A stretch of DNA of 64,000 bases, taken from positions 480,001-544,000 of the forward strand of contig CAWIIQ010000001.1 in the NCBI GenBank assembly GCA_963836185.1. Reading direction: 5' to 3'. Positions 8,872-18,742 of the stretch are shown in pieces. The position numbers were made by a program, and so were the translations under genes. The first letter of the stretch is position 1, and every line of letters starts with the position of its first letter. The DNA is from Candidatus Krumholzibacteriia bacterium. Its GTDB lineage: Bacteria; Krumholzibacteriota; Krumholzibacteriia; Krumholzibacteriales; Krumholzibacteriaceae. Below the pieces are notes generated by a model that worked only from the letters and a program-made list of their open reading frames with translations, ran no database searches and was not told where the DNA came from.

Positions 8872-10020
8872 ATGGCACGGATAAACCCGGGATTTGCCGG
8901 AGAGATAGAGAAGTTCGGAGCGGTGGATTTCACCGTCTGTTACAACTGCGGCAACTGCACCGCCGTATGCCCTCTCTCCGAGAACGACAATACATTCCCG
9001 CGCCGCCTGTTGAGATACACCGTCCTGGGACTCGAAGAGGATATTCACAAGTCGACCGATCCCTGGCTCTGCTACTACTGCGGCGACTGCAGCTCGACCT
9101 GTCCGCGCCAGGCAAATCCCGGCGAGATCATGATGTCGCTGAGGCGTTATCTCACGGCAAGCTACGACTGGACTGGGCTCTCGAAAAAGTTCTACACCTC
9201 TAAAGCCTGGGCGTTCGGCGCGATGGGCCTTATCTCGGCTGTCGTCATCCTTCTCTTTGCATTCTTCCTGCCCCTTACAGCCGATCCGGCGATACTAATC
9301 GGGCCGGACGGGGGAGTAAAGATAAACAGCTTCGTCAAGGGGATGGAGCCCGAGGTCTTCGTGCGCTGGATCGAGACGGGCGACTGGGTGATGGCGGGCA
9401 TCATCTCGTTCTTCCTGATATCGAATATATTCAATATGTACAGGAAGATAGTGATCAGGAGCGGCAGAAAGATCCCGCTGAAGCTCTACGTTACCGAGGC
9501 GTGGCAGCTCTTCTTCCACTTCGGTACGCAGTTCAGGTTCTCCAAATGCAGCGACAGGTCGTACTGGGTCCTGCACTGGCTGCTCATGTCGGGGTATACC
9601 CTGATGTTCACGATGATAGTCGTCTTCCTTCCCTGGTTCCAGACGGAGAGAATACACCCGATCTATCACCCGCAGAGATTCATCGGGTATTACGCGACAT
9701 TCGGGATCCTGCTCGCCATCATCGTCTGGTCGGTCAAGAGGCTGCGCAAGTCGGGAGAGATCCACAAGTATTCGCACAAGACCGACTGGGTCTTCCTCAT
9801 CATGCTTTTCCTCACGACCGTGACGGGGATTCTGGTACATTTTTTCAGGATCGGCGGGATGGCCCACGCCACCTACTACACCTACGTGATCCACCTGGCC
9901 GTCCTCGTTCCGATGCTGATGATCGAGGTGCCCTTTTCCAAGTGGTCGCACCTCGCATACCGCCCGCTGGCGATATATTTCACGAACCTCGTCAACGCCG
10001 CGAAAAAAAGTTCAAAGTAA
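8872..10020 (+). CDS. QmoC-like protein: HdrC-type 2x[4Fe-4S] domain fused to a membrane (cytochrome b-like) domain
   Basis: CYNCGNCTAVCP and WLCYYCGDCSSTCP, then about 6 TM helices carrying His residues and the motif PFSKWSHLAYRP. Confidence 0.85.
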   Translation: MARINPGFAGEIEKFGAVDFTVCYNCGNCTAVCPLSENDNTFPRRLLRYTVLGLEEDIHKSTDPWLCYYCGDCSSTCPRQANPGEIMMSLRRYLTASYDWTGLSKKFYTSKAWAFGAMGLISAVVILLFAFFLPLTADPAILIGPDGGVKINSFVKGMEPEVFVRWIETGDWVMAGIISFFLISNIFNMYRKIVIRSGRKIPLKLYVTEAWQLFFHFGTQFRFSKCSDRSYWVLHWLLMSGYTLMFTMIVVFLPWFQTERIHPIYHPQRFIGYYATFGILLAIIVWSVKRLRKSGEIHKYSHKTDWVFLIMLFLTTVTGILVHFFRIGGMAHATYYTYVIHLAVLVPMLMIEVPFSKWSHLAYRPLAIYFTNLVNAAKKSSK

Positions 10021-10102
10021 CAACCCCGGACATTTATGCTATCATGCCGCGTGCGATCGTATGTACGCGCGACAGCGCATGGCACCTGAGGCTGGAGTGA
10101 TT

Positions 10103-11227
10103 ATGAAAATAAATATCCTTAAAAGTATCATGATAATCGGGTTGTTTCTCGTCTCCGCTTCGGCCGCATGGGCCGGTCAGGAGGACCCGATAAGGGCCGG
10201 CGTCTATATGGGCGACGGAGCGAGCATGGCCTGCGTGCTAGAGACATTCGAGGCGCTCAGGATCGATCCCGGGATCGTGCCGTCGCTGATAAGCCCCACC
10301 GATATCTACACAGGTGGGCTCGATGAGATCGATGTCCTGCTCTTTCCAGGCGGCAGCGGGAGCAAGCAGAACCTCAGCATGGGGAGCGGCTCGCACGCGA
10401 GGGTCAGGGAGTTTGTTCTGGAGGAGGGAAAGGGCATAGTCGGGCTGTGCGCGGGCGGCTACCTCGTATCGTCCTCGAAGGATTATCCATGCCTGCACCT
10501 GGTCGGGGCGGAGACGATCGACAGGGAGCATGACAAGCGTGGCAGCGCGCTGGTCGAGGTCGAGTTCAACGAGAGGGGCCTTGCGATATTCCCCGAGATG
10601 AAGGATCACAGGTACGGGTACATCCAGTATCACGACGGGCCAGTCTTCGTTCCGCCCGAAGGTGGGTACGATGCCTGCATATCGCTCGCCGTCAACAGGA
10701 GCGACGTTCATCAGACCGGCCCTGAAGGGATGACAACGGGAAAAGCGTTCCTGCTCTGCGAGGAAGCGGGAGCGGGAAGGGTCTTTGCCAGCGCCGGCCA
10801 CCCCGAGTCGACTGTCGGGATGAGGTGGATGGTGCCGCGTATGGTCCGGTGGGTAGCGCGAAGGGAACTCGTCTCCTACCCGGCTAACGTCACGAGGCCG
10901 GGATTCGGGACGTCTGAGATCATGCACAGCGATGAGCTCGAGACGGAACTCTACTGGAAGATCTTCGACGACGATCCCGAGGTCAGGATGGGAGCGGTCA
11001 GGGAGCTGAGGGAGAAACGCTACCGTAACGGGTTCAGGTGGGCGGCCGGCATGATAAGGGACAAGTCGCCCGAAGTCAGGGTGTTCGCTGCCGAAGTACT
11101 GGTCGAAGCCGAATATACCGCCGCTATCAATAATCTCGAGGCCGTCATCGACGAGGAGACGGACAACGCGATGCGGATGCGCATGCAGAAGGCGCTGGCC
11201 GACCTGAAGGCGATGGTCGCGGACTGA
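10103..11227 (+). CDS. Secreted class I glutamine amidotransferase-like (BPL-N-like) protein with C-terminal HEAT repeats
   Basis: Signal peptide (ASAAWA), FPGGSG, nucleophile elbow GLCAGGY, GHPE, and HEAT-like DDDPEVR/DKSPEVR. Confidence 0.7.
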   Translation: MKINILKSIMIIGLFLVSASAAWAGQEDPIRAGVYMGDGASMACVLETFEALRIDPGIVPSLISPTDIYTGGLDEIDVLLFPGGSGSKQNLSMGSGSHARVREFVLEEGKGIVGLCAGGYLVSSSKDYPCLHLVGAETIDREHDKRGSALVEVEFNERGLAIFPEMKDHRYGYIQYHDGPVFVPPEGGYDACISLAVNRSDVHQTGPEGMTTGKAFLLCEEAGAGRVFASAGHPESTVGMRWMVPRMVRWVARRELVSYPANVTRPGFGTSEIMHSDELETELYWKIFDDDPEVRMGAVRELREKRYRNGFRWAAGMIRDKSPEVRVFAAEVLVEAEYTAAINNLEAVIDEETDNAMRMRMQKALADLKAMVAD

Positions 11228-11256
11228 CGCCGCCTCACCTTTCCATTACCCGGTCT

Positions 11257-12095
11257 GAAAAGATAACTCAGTCACTGGCCGGCAGGGTCGCTGTCTGTAA
11301 CCTCTTGCCGCTGGGTATATCCGAGCTCAAGAGAGCGAAGTTGCTGAAAACAGATCTGGATGAGATGATGTTCACAGGCACTTATCCGGTCCTTTATGAC
11401 AGGTCGATATCGCCCGTTGATTATTTCCCATCCTATGCTCAGACATATATCGAACGGGATGTGCGGGAAATAAAAAACATCGGGGACTTGTCGGTTTTCC
11501 AGCGCTTCGTCCGATTGTGTGCCGGCCGCACAGGTCAATTAATCAACTTTTCGAGCCTAGGCAACGAGCTTGGCATCAATTACAAAACGGTCCAGTCCTG
11601 GGTGTCAATACTTGAAGCGAGTTTCATCGTGTTCCTGCTTGCTCCGCATCATAGAAATTTCAACAAGCGAATAGTAAAGCAATCCAAGCTGTATTTTTAT
11701 GATACTGGACTGCTGTGTTCTCTTCTCGATATCAGCAGCGCGGTTCAGTTGGCGAATCATTACCTCAGAGGATACATCTTTGAATCATTTGTGATCTCAG
11801 AGTATATCAAGATGAGGCTGAATGGCGGCATGAGGCCAAATACGTATTTCTGGCGTGACAACGCCGGACATGAGATCGACCTGTTGCTTGAAGAAGGTCA
11901 GGATCTTTTCGCGGTGGAGATCAAGTCGGGGAGACGATCAACAGTGACTTCTTTCGAGGTCTTAAGTACTTCCAGAAGGCCTCTGGTATCAGTTCAGACA
12001 GTTCCTTTCTCGTACATGGCGGCTCGGCGAACCAGGATCGAAAATACGGCCGGGTTCTGGGTTGGAGGGATATCCGGGATATATTGCCGGAGTAA
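11257..12095 (+). pseudogene. 5'-truncated AAA_14/DUF4143 ATP-binding protein
   Basis: Begins mid-protein at EKITQSLAGR, with no Walker A or start codon. Contains YIERDVR, KLYFYDTGL and EIDL..AVEIKSG. Frameshift at a G-run near 11930; true stop TAA at 12095. Confidence 0.8.
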
Positions 12096-12361
12096 GATTG
12101 TCCTCAGCCTGTTGTGGCCATATCATCCTTTGAATATCAACTTGCCTGCGGGCACGTGAGCATTATCTTTAAGTATAGGTCCGCTGCTTCAATCCCCACC
12201 TGTGACGGATGTATGACGATTATCATCAGGATCACAACCCGCCGGGGGACAGACTCAAGACAGACTGCGAAAGCTGCATGAGCAATTATCTCTTTTTCAG
12301 GGGCTGTGCTATCATGGGTATCTGTAATGATCGATGTTTTTTATCGATAAGGAGGGGAATA

Positions 12362-15225
12362 ATGGAGTCACATGCCTCAGCGCGTTTGCGCATTCTGTAT
12401 CTCTGTATGTCTATCATCGCGACAATCATTTCTTGATGGGTATTGCTGTTCCGGCTTCGGCAGATTTCACGCTGACGATCTACGAGCAGACGGGCAGCAT
12501 CAACACCTACACATTCATCGCAGGACGATCATCAGTGTCTTTACGACGATATGGCAGGGTCTGCCCGGGCCCTCATCTCTCGGGATACATCGGGTACGAT
12601 TTCGGAACGGGCGGGTGCGAGTATTACGATATCTTCTTCTGCGACTCGGAGGGAGACGGCTCTGGATATCGGGCCGGGTAGATCCGCTGCCGTTCGACAT
12701 CTTCATTAAGCTCGAGTGCTGGGACATCAGCTGCCCTGACGGGGAACTTGTCAGCGTCTCCGACCTGGATCAGCGCGGGAAATAACATCGATGCCGTCGA
12801 CGCTCGAGATCGATGGAGAGATGTTTTACGGCTCAGTCCGTTGTCGGAGGAAGTCTACGGCCTCTGCGATGAGCCGTTGGAGCTGAAGAACTCGAACTTC
12901 GCTGATCGAGCGCGCTCGGGCCCCCCGACGCTGAGCATAACGAAGATGGGTTGCGGATCGACGGTGATCACGCTCGAGTATGGGTTCAGAACCTGGTATC
13001 GGCCATGTGAAATCGTAATTGACTATCCTCACTCGGGAACGACGTACTACATCGGCAGGCAGCACTACGATAGACGTAGCGCAGAACACGTGTGAGCAGC
13101 TCAGGTTCGACTGGAGCTTTACAAGGGCGATATCGCTTCTGTGTCAGATCGCCGATATCACCGGGAAGGTGGTACGAGTGGTATGAAGTGAGCGACTGCG
13201 GAGGCGGGTCCGGCTGGGATTATCGTATCAAGGCGACGTGCCTGGCGAATCCGGCCTGCTTCGACTTCAGCGACTATTTTATCGATGCTTGACGGCGCCA
13301 GCGGCTGCGAGATCGTGGTCAACTATCCTCACTCGGAGACGACGTTCTATATCGGCGGGCAGCACACGATCGATATAACACCGGACGGCTGTAACGGTGC
13401 GGTGAGCCTGGAGCTGTACAGGGGCATCACGCGTCTCTGCCATATCGCGGATATCGCGGGGACGTCGTACGACTGGTACGGGGTGAGCGACTGCGGAAGC
13501 GGACCGGGAGCGGACTATCGTATCAAGGCGACGTGCCTGTCGGATCCGGGCTGCTTCGACTTCAGCGAGTATTTCACTATGGCCGAAGGCGCTGGAGGCT
13601 GCGAGGTAGTCGTTAATTATCCGGACTCGAGCGCGACGTTCCTTGTCGGCGGGCAATACATGATCGACGTGATGCCGAACACATGTGACGGCCCGGTACG
13701 CCTGGAACTTTATAAGAGTGACCTGCTTCTTTGCCGGATCGCCGATATGAGCGGCAGGTGGTACAACTGGGACGGGGTGAGCGACTGCGGAAGCGGCCCG
13801 GGAGCGGACTATCGTATCAGGGCGACCTGCCTGTCGGATCCGGGCTGCTACGATTTCAGCGATTATTTTACCATTACAGTGCAGGATACCTCCGATACCT
13901 CCATGGAGCACGATCCCCTCGCCGCTATCGGCGATTCCTTCTTCGCCTGGGTCGGGAACGGCATAGGCTGGGTCACCGCGGAGGATGGCTACATCTTCGG
14001 AGATGTCCCCTACTGGTTTGACGCTCTGATCTCGCGAAAATCCTTCGATCCCGCGAACGGGCCCGTGATGATATTCAGGGTGTTCAATTCGATAGGAGCG
14101 TCAAACTTCATGGGCGGCTTCACATCCGTGCTGCCGCCGACCAACGACTTTCATTACAATAACATCGAGATAGGCGTCTATCTCCACTCTACGGGAACCA
14201 TCCGGCCGGCCTGGGATGTCAACAATGCCGGGTACTGGTCGACGACTCTAGCTGCCGGGTTCTATGACATAAAGATCGAGCTCGGTGATTCGGAGGGCAC
14301 GGTCATGCTGGCGATCGACGATGTTGCCGGCTGGTCCTCGCCCCTTTCAGATTTCTCGGCCCCGGTCTGGTCGTCGGTCGAACACAGAACGACAGGAGGG
14401 CCGTATCATATACAGATAAATCCATATAACGAAGGGAGCAGGGTCTACGACGTATGGGCCTCGGGGACCGGATCGGCGCCGCCGCCCCCGCCTCCGCCGG
14501 AAGCGGCTCCGCACATCATATTCGTCGAGGATGTCGGTAATGACGAGGGGCGCCAGGTGAGGATGAAGTGGGAGGCGTCAGCCCTGGACGGGCCCGGTAG
14601 TCCGGAGCCTGTCACAGGTTACGCGCTGTGGCGCAGGATCGATACGCTGCCTGCATGGATCGATGTCGCGGCCGCGGCCGTTCCCGGCCCCGTACCGATG
14701 TATCCTCCCGGCGACTGGGATTATCTCGGCACCGTTCCCGCGTGCTGCGAGGAGACGTACGCGACGATCCTTCCGACACTTGCGGATTCGAGCGCTTCGA
14801 GCGGCGTCTTCTGGTCGGTCTTCTTCGTGAGGGCGCTCACTGAGACGCCGGAGATATATTTCGACTCAGCACCCGACAGCGGATACTCGGTATGTGACAT
14901 CATTCCGCCGGATCCCGGGGAAGATCCGGACCCGCAGCCGGCAGAGCATGACGATTATCTCGGCCGAAATTATCCCAACCCGTTCAATCCTGTCACCGAG
15001 ATCAGGTTCGGGCTGAAAGAGCATGGGCATGTCCTTATCAGGATCTACGACACTGGCGGGAGACTCGTCAGGACACTCGTTAACGGTGAGATGCCTGCCG
15101 GCGACCATGCCGAGGAGTGGAACGGTACGGATGACTTCGGAAGGATGGCGGCAAGCGGCATCTACTTCTGCCGCCTCGAGGCAAGAGAGCTGTCTTGCAG
15201 TATCAAGATGGTGCTCCTGCGATAG
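12362..15225 (+). CDS. Large secreted protein with three Cys-rich ~98-aa repeats, an FN3-like module and a FlgD-Ig C-terminal domain; several frameshifts in 12430-13285
   Basis: RBS GGAGGGG plus ATG at 12362; signal peptide ...VPASA; fragments join into ORF 13285..15225, which ends NYPNPFNP...SGIYF...KMVLLR*. Confidence 0.7.
13006..13875 (+). repeat. Three tandem intragenic repeats (about 294-300 nt, 6 Cys each)
   Basis: Units start at 13006, 13306 and 13600: CEIVVNYP...LELY.G...LC.IAD...VSDCG.G...DYRI.ATCL..P.C.DFS.YF. Confidence 0.9.
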
Positions 15226-15320
15226 AGGCACTCACAGATATTCGCCTGAATGAGCCTCCCCGCAACAGATCACGGTTGCATATCGGCCATTTTCAGCTAT
15301 GCTGTTGTCAGGGGGTTATC

Positions 15321-16976
15321 ATGGAAAAGAGAGACCATCATGTCAGCGTAAGGATCGGATTGTTCATCCTCATAGCGGTCCTGATCATCGCTCTCCCGGT
15401 CTGTGGAACTTCCGCACAGACTGCTTTAAAGAAACAGGAAATAAAGGCTGTCTCATCGAAAGATGTCCGGCACGTAGTGCGGCAGGTCGAAGGATATATA
15501 GTCTGGAGCGATGAACTGTCCAGGGAGGGTGGATACGGATTCCGGACGGAGGACGGCACGGTGGACCGGGCCGGATCGAGAAGGCGGGTCGAATTTCGCG
15601 CGGTCCAGGGAGACAAGGCGGTCTCGCCGGCGGATCTGATCGAAGTCTATGCCGGTGAGCTTGAAGAGGCCGGAGCGGCCGTTCTTTTCCGGGACGATGA
15701 ACGGATAACGGTCAGCCTGGATACCGGCGGGCATGGATCCTGGATCGAAGTCGCCGCGACAGATAACGGTTACACCGTGACCATCATAGAGGATATTCCT
15801 GCTGCCGGTCTCTCCGCGCCTGTGACAGCAACGGGCACATTGAAGGATGTCAGTATAGCCTATCCCGTTCTGCATCCTGGAAGTGATATCACCGTTGCAG
15901 ACAGGCCAGTTGCCCGTCCGCCCATGGTCACATACCATGTCTCTGCCACAGCTGGGCCGGGGGGAGATGGAACGGAAGAGAACCCTCTCTCTTCGATCCA
16001 GGAGGCATTCGAGAGCGCGGAGGCACTCGGTGCGATGAAGGTGAGAGTTGTTCTCGCCTTTGGAGTATATGAGGGAGATCTGATAATAACGCGTTCTACC
16101 GACCTGATAGGCGACGAGAACATCCCGAAGATCCGGGGTACGATCGATGGGGCGGGTCTCGCGTTGACGATCGAGAATATCGAGATACGTGAGGCGCAGG
16201 GTGTGGGGGTCCGTCAGGACGGAGGAACGCTCGAGATGAATAACTGCCGGATCGTCAGTACGCAGCGCAGCGGCGCCGACAGGTCGAGCGGCAGGGGAGT
16301 CTTTCTCTCAGGAGGAGCGGCGGCACTGATCACACGCTGCGTTTTCCGGTCGAACGAAGGGCAGGCACTTCTCCTTACGGGCGAAGGGACCCGGGCGACC
16401 TGCAGCGATCTGCAGGCGACTTACAACCAGGTGCATCCGTCGTCGGCTGAATATGCCGCGGAAAACAACGACGTCAGCGGAACAGGGTGTGTCGAGGCGT
16501 CGGCTGGCGCGAAACTGCAGATGGAGGATTTCGATATCCTCGAAAATGAGTACATCGGCGTGCTCCTTCTCGATGGGTCCAGCGCGCACCTGCGTTACGG
16601 GAGGATCGACGGGACGGAGAGAGCGGATGATCAGGGTGGATTCAACCTTGTAGCTTTTCGCGAGTGCGCGATCGAACTGCAGCATTTCGTCACAAGCAAC
16701 TCGACCGCCGGCCTTCACATGTTCCATTCGACACTGCGGGTGATCGATATCGAACTGATCGGCAATTCGATCGGCATCTCGTTCCAGGAGCCGCCCGAGG
16801 GATATGACCTGGGCGCTTGCCTCTACGCATCCGAGAACAATATCTGGATGCAGGACAACGCGATCAATTTCGACGGGGTGGCCCTGTCCGTCCCCGATGC
16901 GGGTGATATAGCCGGCATCGATGGTGAAGACGGAGAGGAAGCAGGAGCCTGGTGCCCCGAGGTGCCCTGGGAATAG
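15321..16976 (+). CDS. Secreted right-handed parallel beta-helix (pectin-lyase-like) protein
   Basis: Signal peptide; YHVSA...GDGTEENPLSSIQEA...GVY motif followed by beta-helix repeats. Confidence 0.7.
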   Translation: MEKRDHHVSVRIGLFILIAVLIIALPVCGTSAQTALKKQEIKAVSSKDVRHVVRQVEGYIVWSDELSREGGYGFRTEDGTVDRAGSRRRVEFRAVQGDKAVSPADLIEVYAGELEEAGAAVLFRDDERITVSLDTGGHGSWIEVAATDNGYTVTIIEDIPAAGLSAPVTATGTLKDVSIAYPVLHPGSDITVADRPVARPPMVTYHVSATAGPGGDGTEENPLSSIQEAFESAEALGAMKVRVVLAFGVYEGDLIITRSTDLIGDENIPKIRGTIDGAGLALTIENIEIREAQGVGVRQDGGTLEMNNCRIVSTQRSGADRSSGRGVFLSGGAAALITRCVFRSNEGQALLLTGEGTRATCSDLQATYNQVHPSSAEYAAENNDVSGTGCVEASAGAKLQMEDFDILENEYIGVLLLDGSSAHLRYGRIDGTERADDQGGFNLVAFRECAIELQHFVTSNSTAGLHMFHSTLRVIDIELIGNSIGISFQEPPEGYDLGACLYASENNIWMQDNAINFDGVALSVPDAGDIAGIDGEDGEEAGAWCPEVPWE

Positions 16977-16984
16977 GCAGGCGC

Positions 16985-18640
16985 CTAAGGCCGCACGTGA
17001 TTGTTCGTGTACTTCGTGATCAGCTGGTCGCGAAGCTGCGAGTATATCCCGTGCATCTCTTCCATGCGATCCCATGTCAGCTCTGTGAGATATTTCTGAG
17101 CCTTCTTCGGGCTCTTCTCAAAGAGCGCCGCACCCTTCTCGTCTATCGCCGCGATCTCATCGAAATAACGGACCTCGACCGGGTCGCGGACCCCACGTAC
17201 GTCCTCGATCGCCGCCTGCCACTTGAGGTAGAGGAGGTTGTCGACAAAATCTACCGCCCAGCGGTGCGAGTCCTCCGAGTACATCTCCGGATCGTACGTG
17301 TTCCACGCCGGATGGATCTTCTTCACGCCGGCGTAGATGGGAACGTACGAACCGACGTGCTGGTTGTCTACGAAGTACCAGTAGATGCCGCCGACCGGGT
17401 CGGGGAGCCAGCCGCGGAGTTGGGCGACCATCCCGTAACCGCCCTTCGCGACGTTGCGCCGAAAGTCGATGTCGAGCAGGTGCCGCATGTCGGGAGTGGG
17501 GAAGGGTGTCGTCAGCGGGCTCTTCACGAATCCGCCCTCGCCGTCGGGGATGAGCCAGTCGTGGTCGGCCGTCATGTCGTATATCGTCCCCTCGAAGGTC
17601 GAGCGCTGGAATGCCATCACGTCCTGGACCGAGATAAGGGTGTCGGGCACAGCGGAGAAGGGGTAGATCGAGAGGGGCTCGACGTACTGGTGGTACGAGT
17701 CGTTCTTCTCGAACAGGCTCTCGAGTGTCCGGTCGGGCCATTCCTTCAGCGACGGGCAGAAGGTCGAGTAGAAGAGCCAGAAGCGGCTCGTCGCCCATTC
17801 GCGCGGTGTCGGTGTGTAAGCATCCTGCCATATGAACGGTGCGCCGCTGTCGGGGTCGTACCAGCCGTGGTCGATCGCGACCTGCATGTAGTTCTCTGAG
17901 GCCATGAACCACTCGGGCTGCGTCAGGTCGATCTCCCTGATGACCGACCAGTTGGGTATCATCGTGACGTGGTCGTCGGGAACGCGGCGGGCCGCCCAAA
18001 GCGCCCCGGGCTCGCCGCTGCCGGGCTCCCAGCCGGGGCCGATGCTGAAGAGCTCGAGTATCCAGGCCTCGTCGGGGTCGGCGATAGCGATCGTCTCCGA
18101 CGAGGGGCCGCAGGAGGGAAGGAAGCCGTACTCATCGACAAGCGATGTGATCAGCAGGACGGCATCGATGGCCGTCTCGCATCTCTGCAGGGCGAAGATC
18201 ATCGCCTGCTCTACCGTTATTATCTGCCCGCCCGTCTCGCGGTCGACGCCGAGCTCGCTGCGCTGGGCCTGAGTGCTCTCGCCGATCGCGAGTTGCTTCT
18301 CGTTCATGTGCGAGTATCCGGAGTGGAAGTATGCGAAAGTCTTCTCCACCTGCGGGATGTGGCCGATGACCTCCCATTCGCCGTGCGCGATCGCCGGGTC
18401 CTGCAGCCCCCAGTAGACGGGGGCGAGGCTCCCCTTCTTGAACTTCTGCGCCGGGACGTAGAAGAGGCGCGAGTCTTCGCAGGCATCGGTGTGCGATGTG
18501 ATGACCGAGCCGTCGACCGTCGCCTTCTTTCCAGCGACTACTATCGTGCAGGCGCCTGTCGGTACTGACTGGAGGGCGAGCAGTACGATCGCCGTGAACA
18601 GGCAGGTGAGTGATACTCGATTCATGGGAAATTTCATCAT
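16985..18640 (-). CDS. C69 family dipeptidase (Ntn hydrolase), secreted
   Basis: Signal peptide then CTIVVAGKKATVDGS (N-terminal nucleophile Cys); MNEKQLAIGEST, IADPDEAWILE, WAARRVPDD. Confidence 0.9.
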   Translation of the reverse strand: MMKFPMNRVSLTCLFTAIVLLALQSVPTGACTIVVAGKKATVDGSVITSHTDACEDSRLFYVPAQKFKKGSLAPVYWGLQDPAIAHGEWEVIGHIPQVEKTFAYFHSGYSHMNEKQLAIGESTQAQRSELGVDRETGGQIITVEQAMIFALQRCETAIDAVLLITSLVDEYGFLPSCGPSSETIAIADPDEAWILELFSIGPGWEPGSGEPGALWAARRVPDDHVTMIPNWSVIREIDLTQPEWFMASENYMQVAIDHGWYDPDSGAPFIWQDAYTPTPREWATSRFWLFYSTFCPSLKEWPDRTLESLFEKNDSYHQYVEPLSIYPFSAVPDTLISVQDVMAFQRSTFEGTIYDMTADHDWLIPDGEGGFVKSPLTTPFPTPDMRHLLDIDFRRNVAKGGYGMVAQLRGWLPDPVGGIYWYFVDNQHVGSYVPIYAGVKKIHPAWNTYDPEMYSEDSHRWAVDFVDNLLYLKWQAAIEDVRGVRDPVEVRYFDEIAAIDEKGAALFEKSPKKAQKYLTELTWDRMEEMHGIYSQLRDQLITKYTNNHVRP

Positions 18641-18742
18641 TTCATCCTTTATCGGGGTGCAGGGTCTGGATATCCGGACCGTCAGACTCTAACCTATCGG
18701 GAGCGTCGAGTTCAAAATATTTCGAGGAAAAGATACGAATGG

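Noticed and set aside
8872-10020. Evidence for dissimilatory sulfate reduction
   Set aside because: A QmoC-like gene alone is insufficient; no sat, aprAB or dsrAB in the window.
12186-12204. Shared TCAATCCCCACC motif upstream of two CTD genes (also near 46754)
   Set aside because: Only two occurrences, at different distances from the start codons, and not seen before the other CTD genes; may be chance.
13006-13875. Diversity-generating retroelement TR/VR pair
   Set aside because: Differences are not confined to adenines, the copies are in-frame domain repeats, and there is no reverse transcriptase in the window.
15226-15270. Possible additional gene-end echoes (after 15225, 10020 and 44174)
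   Set aside because: Matches are too short or degenerate to distinguish from chance by eye.
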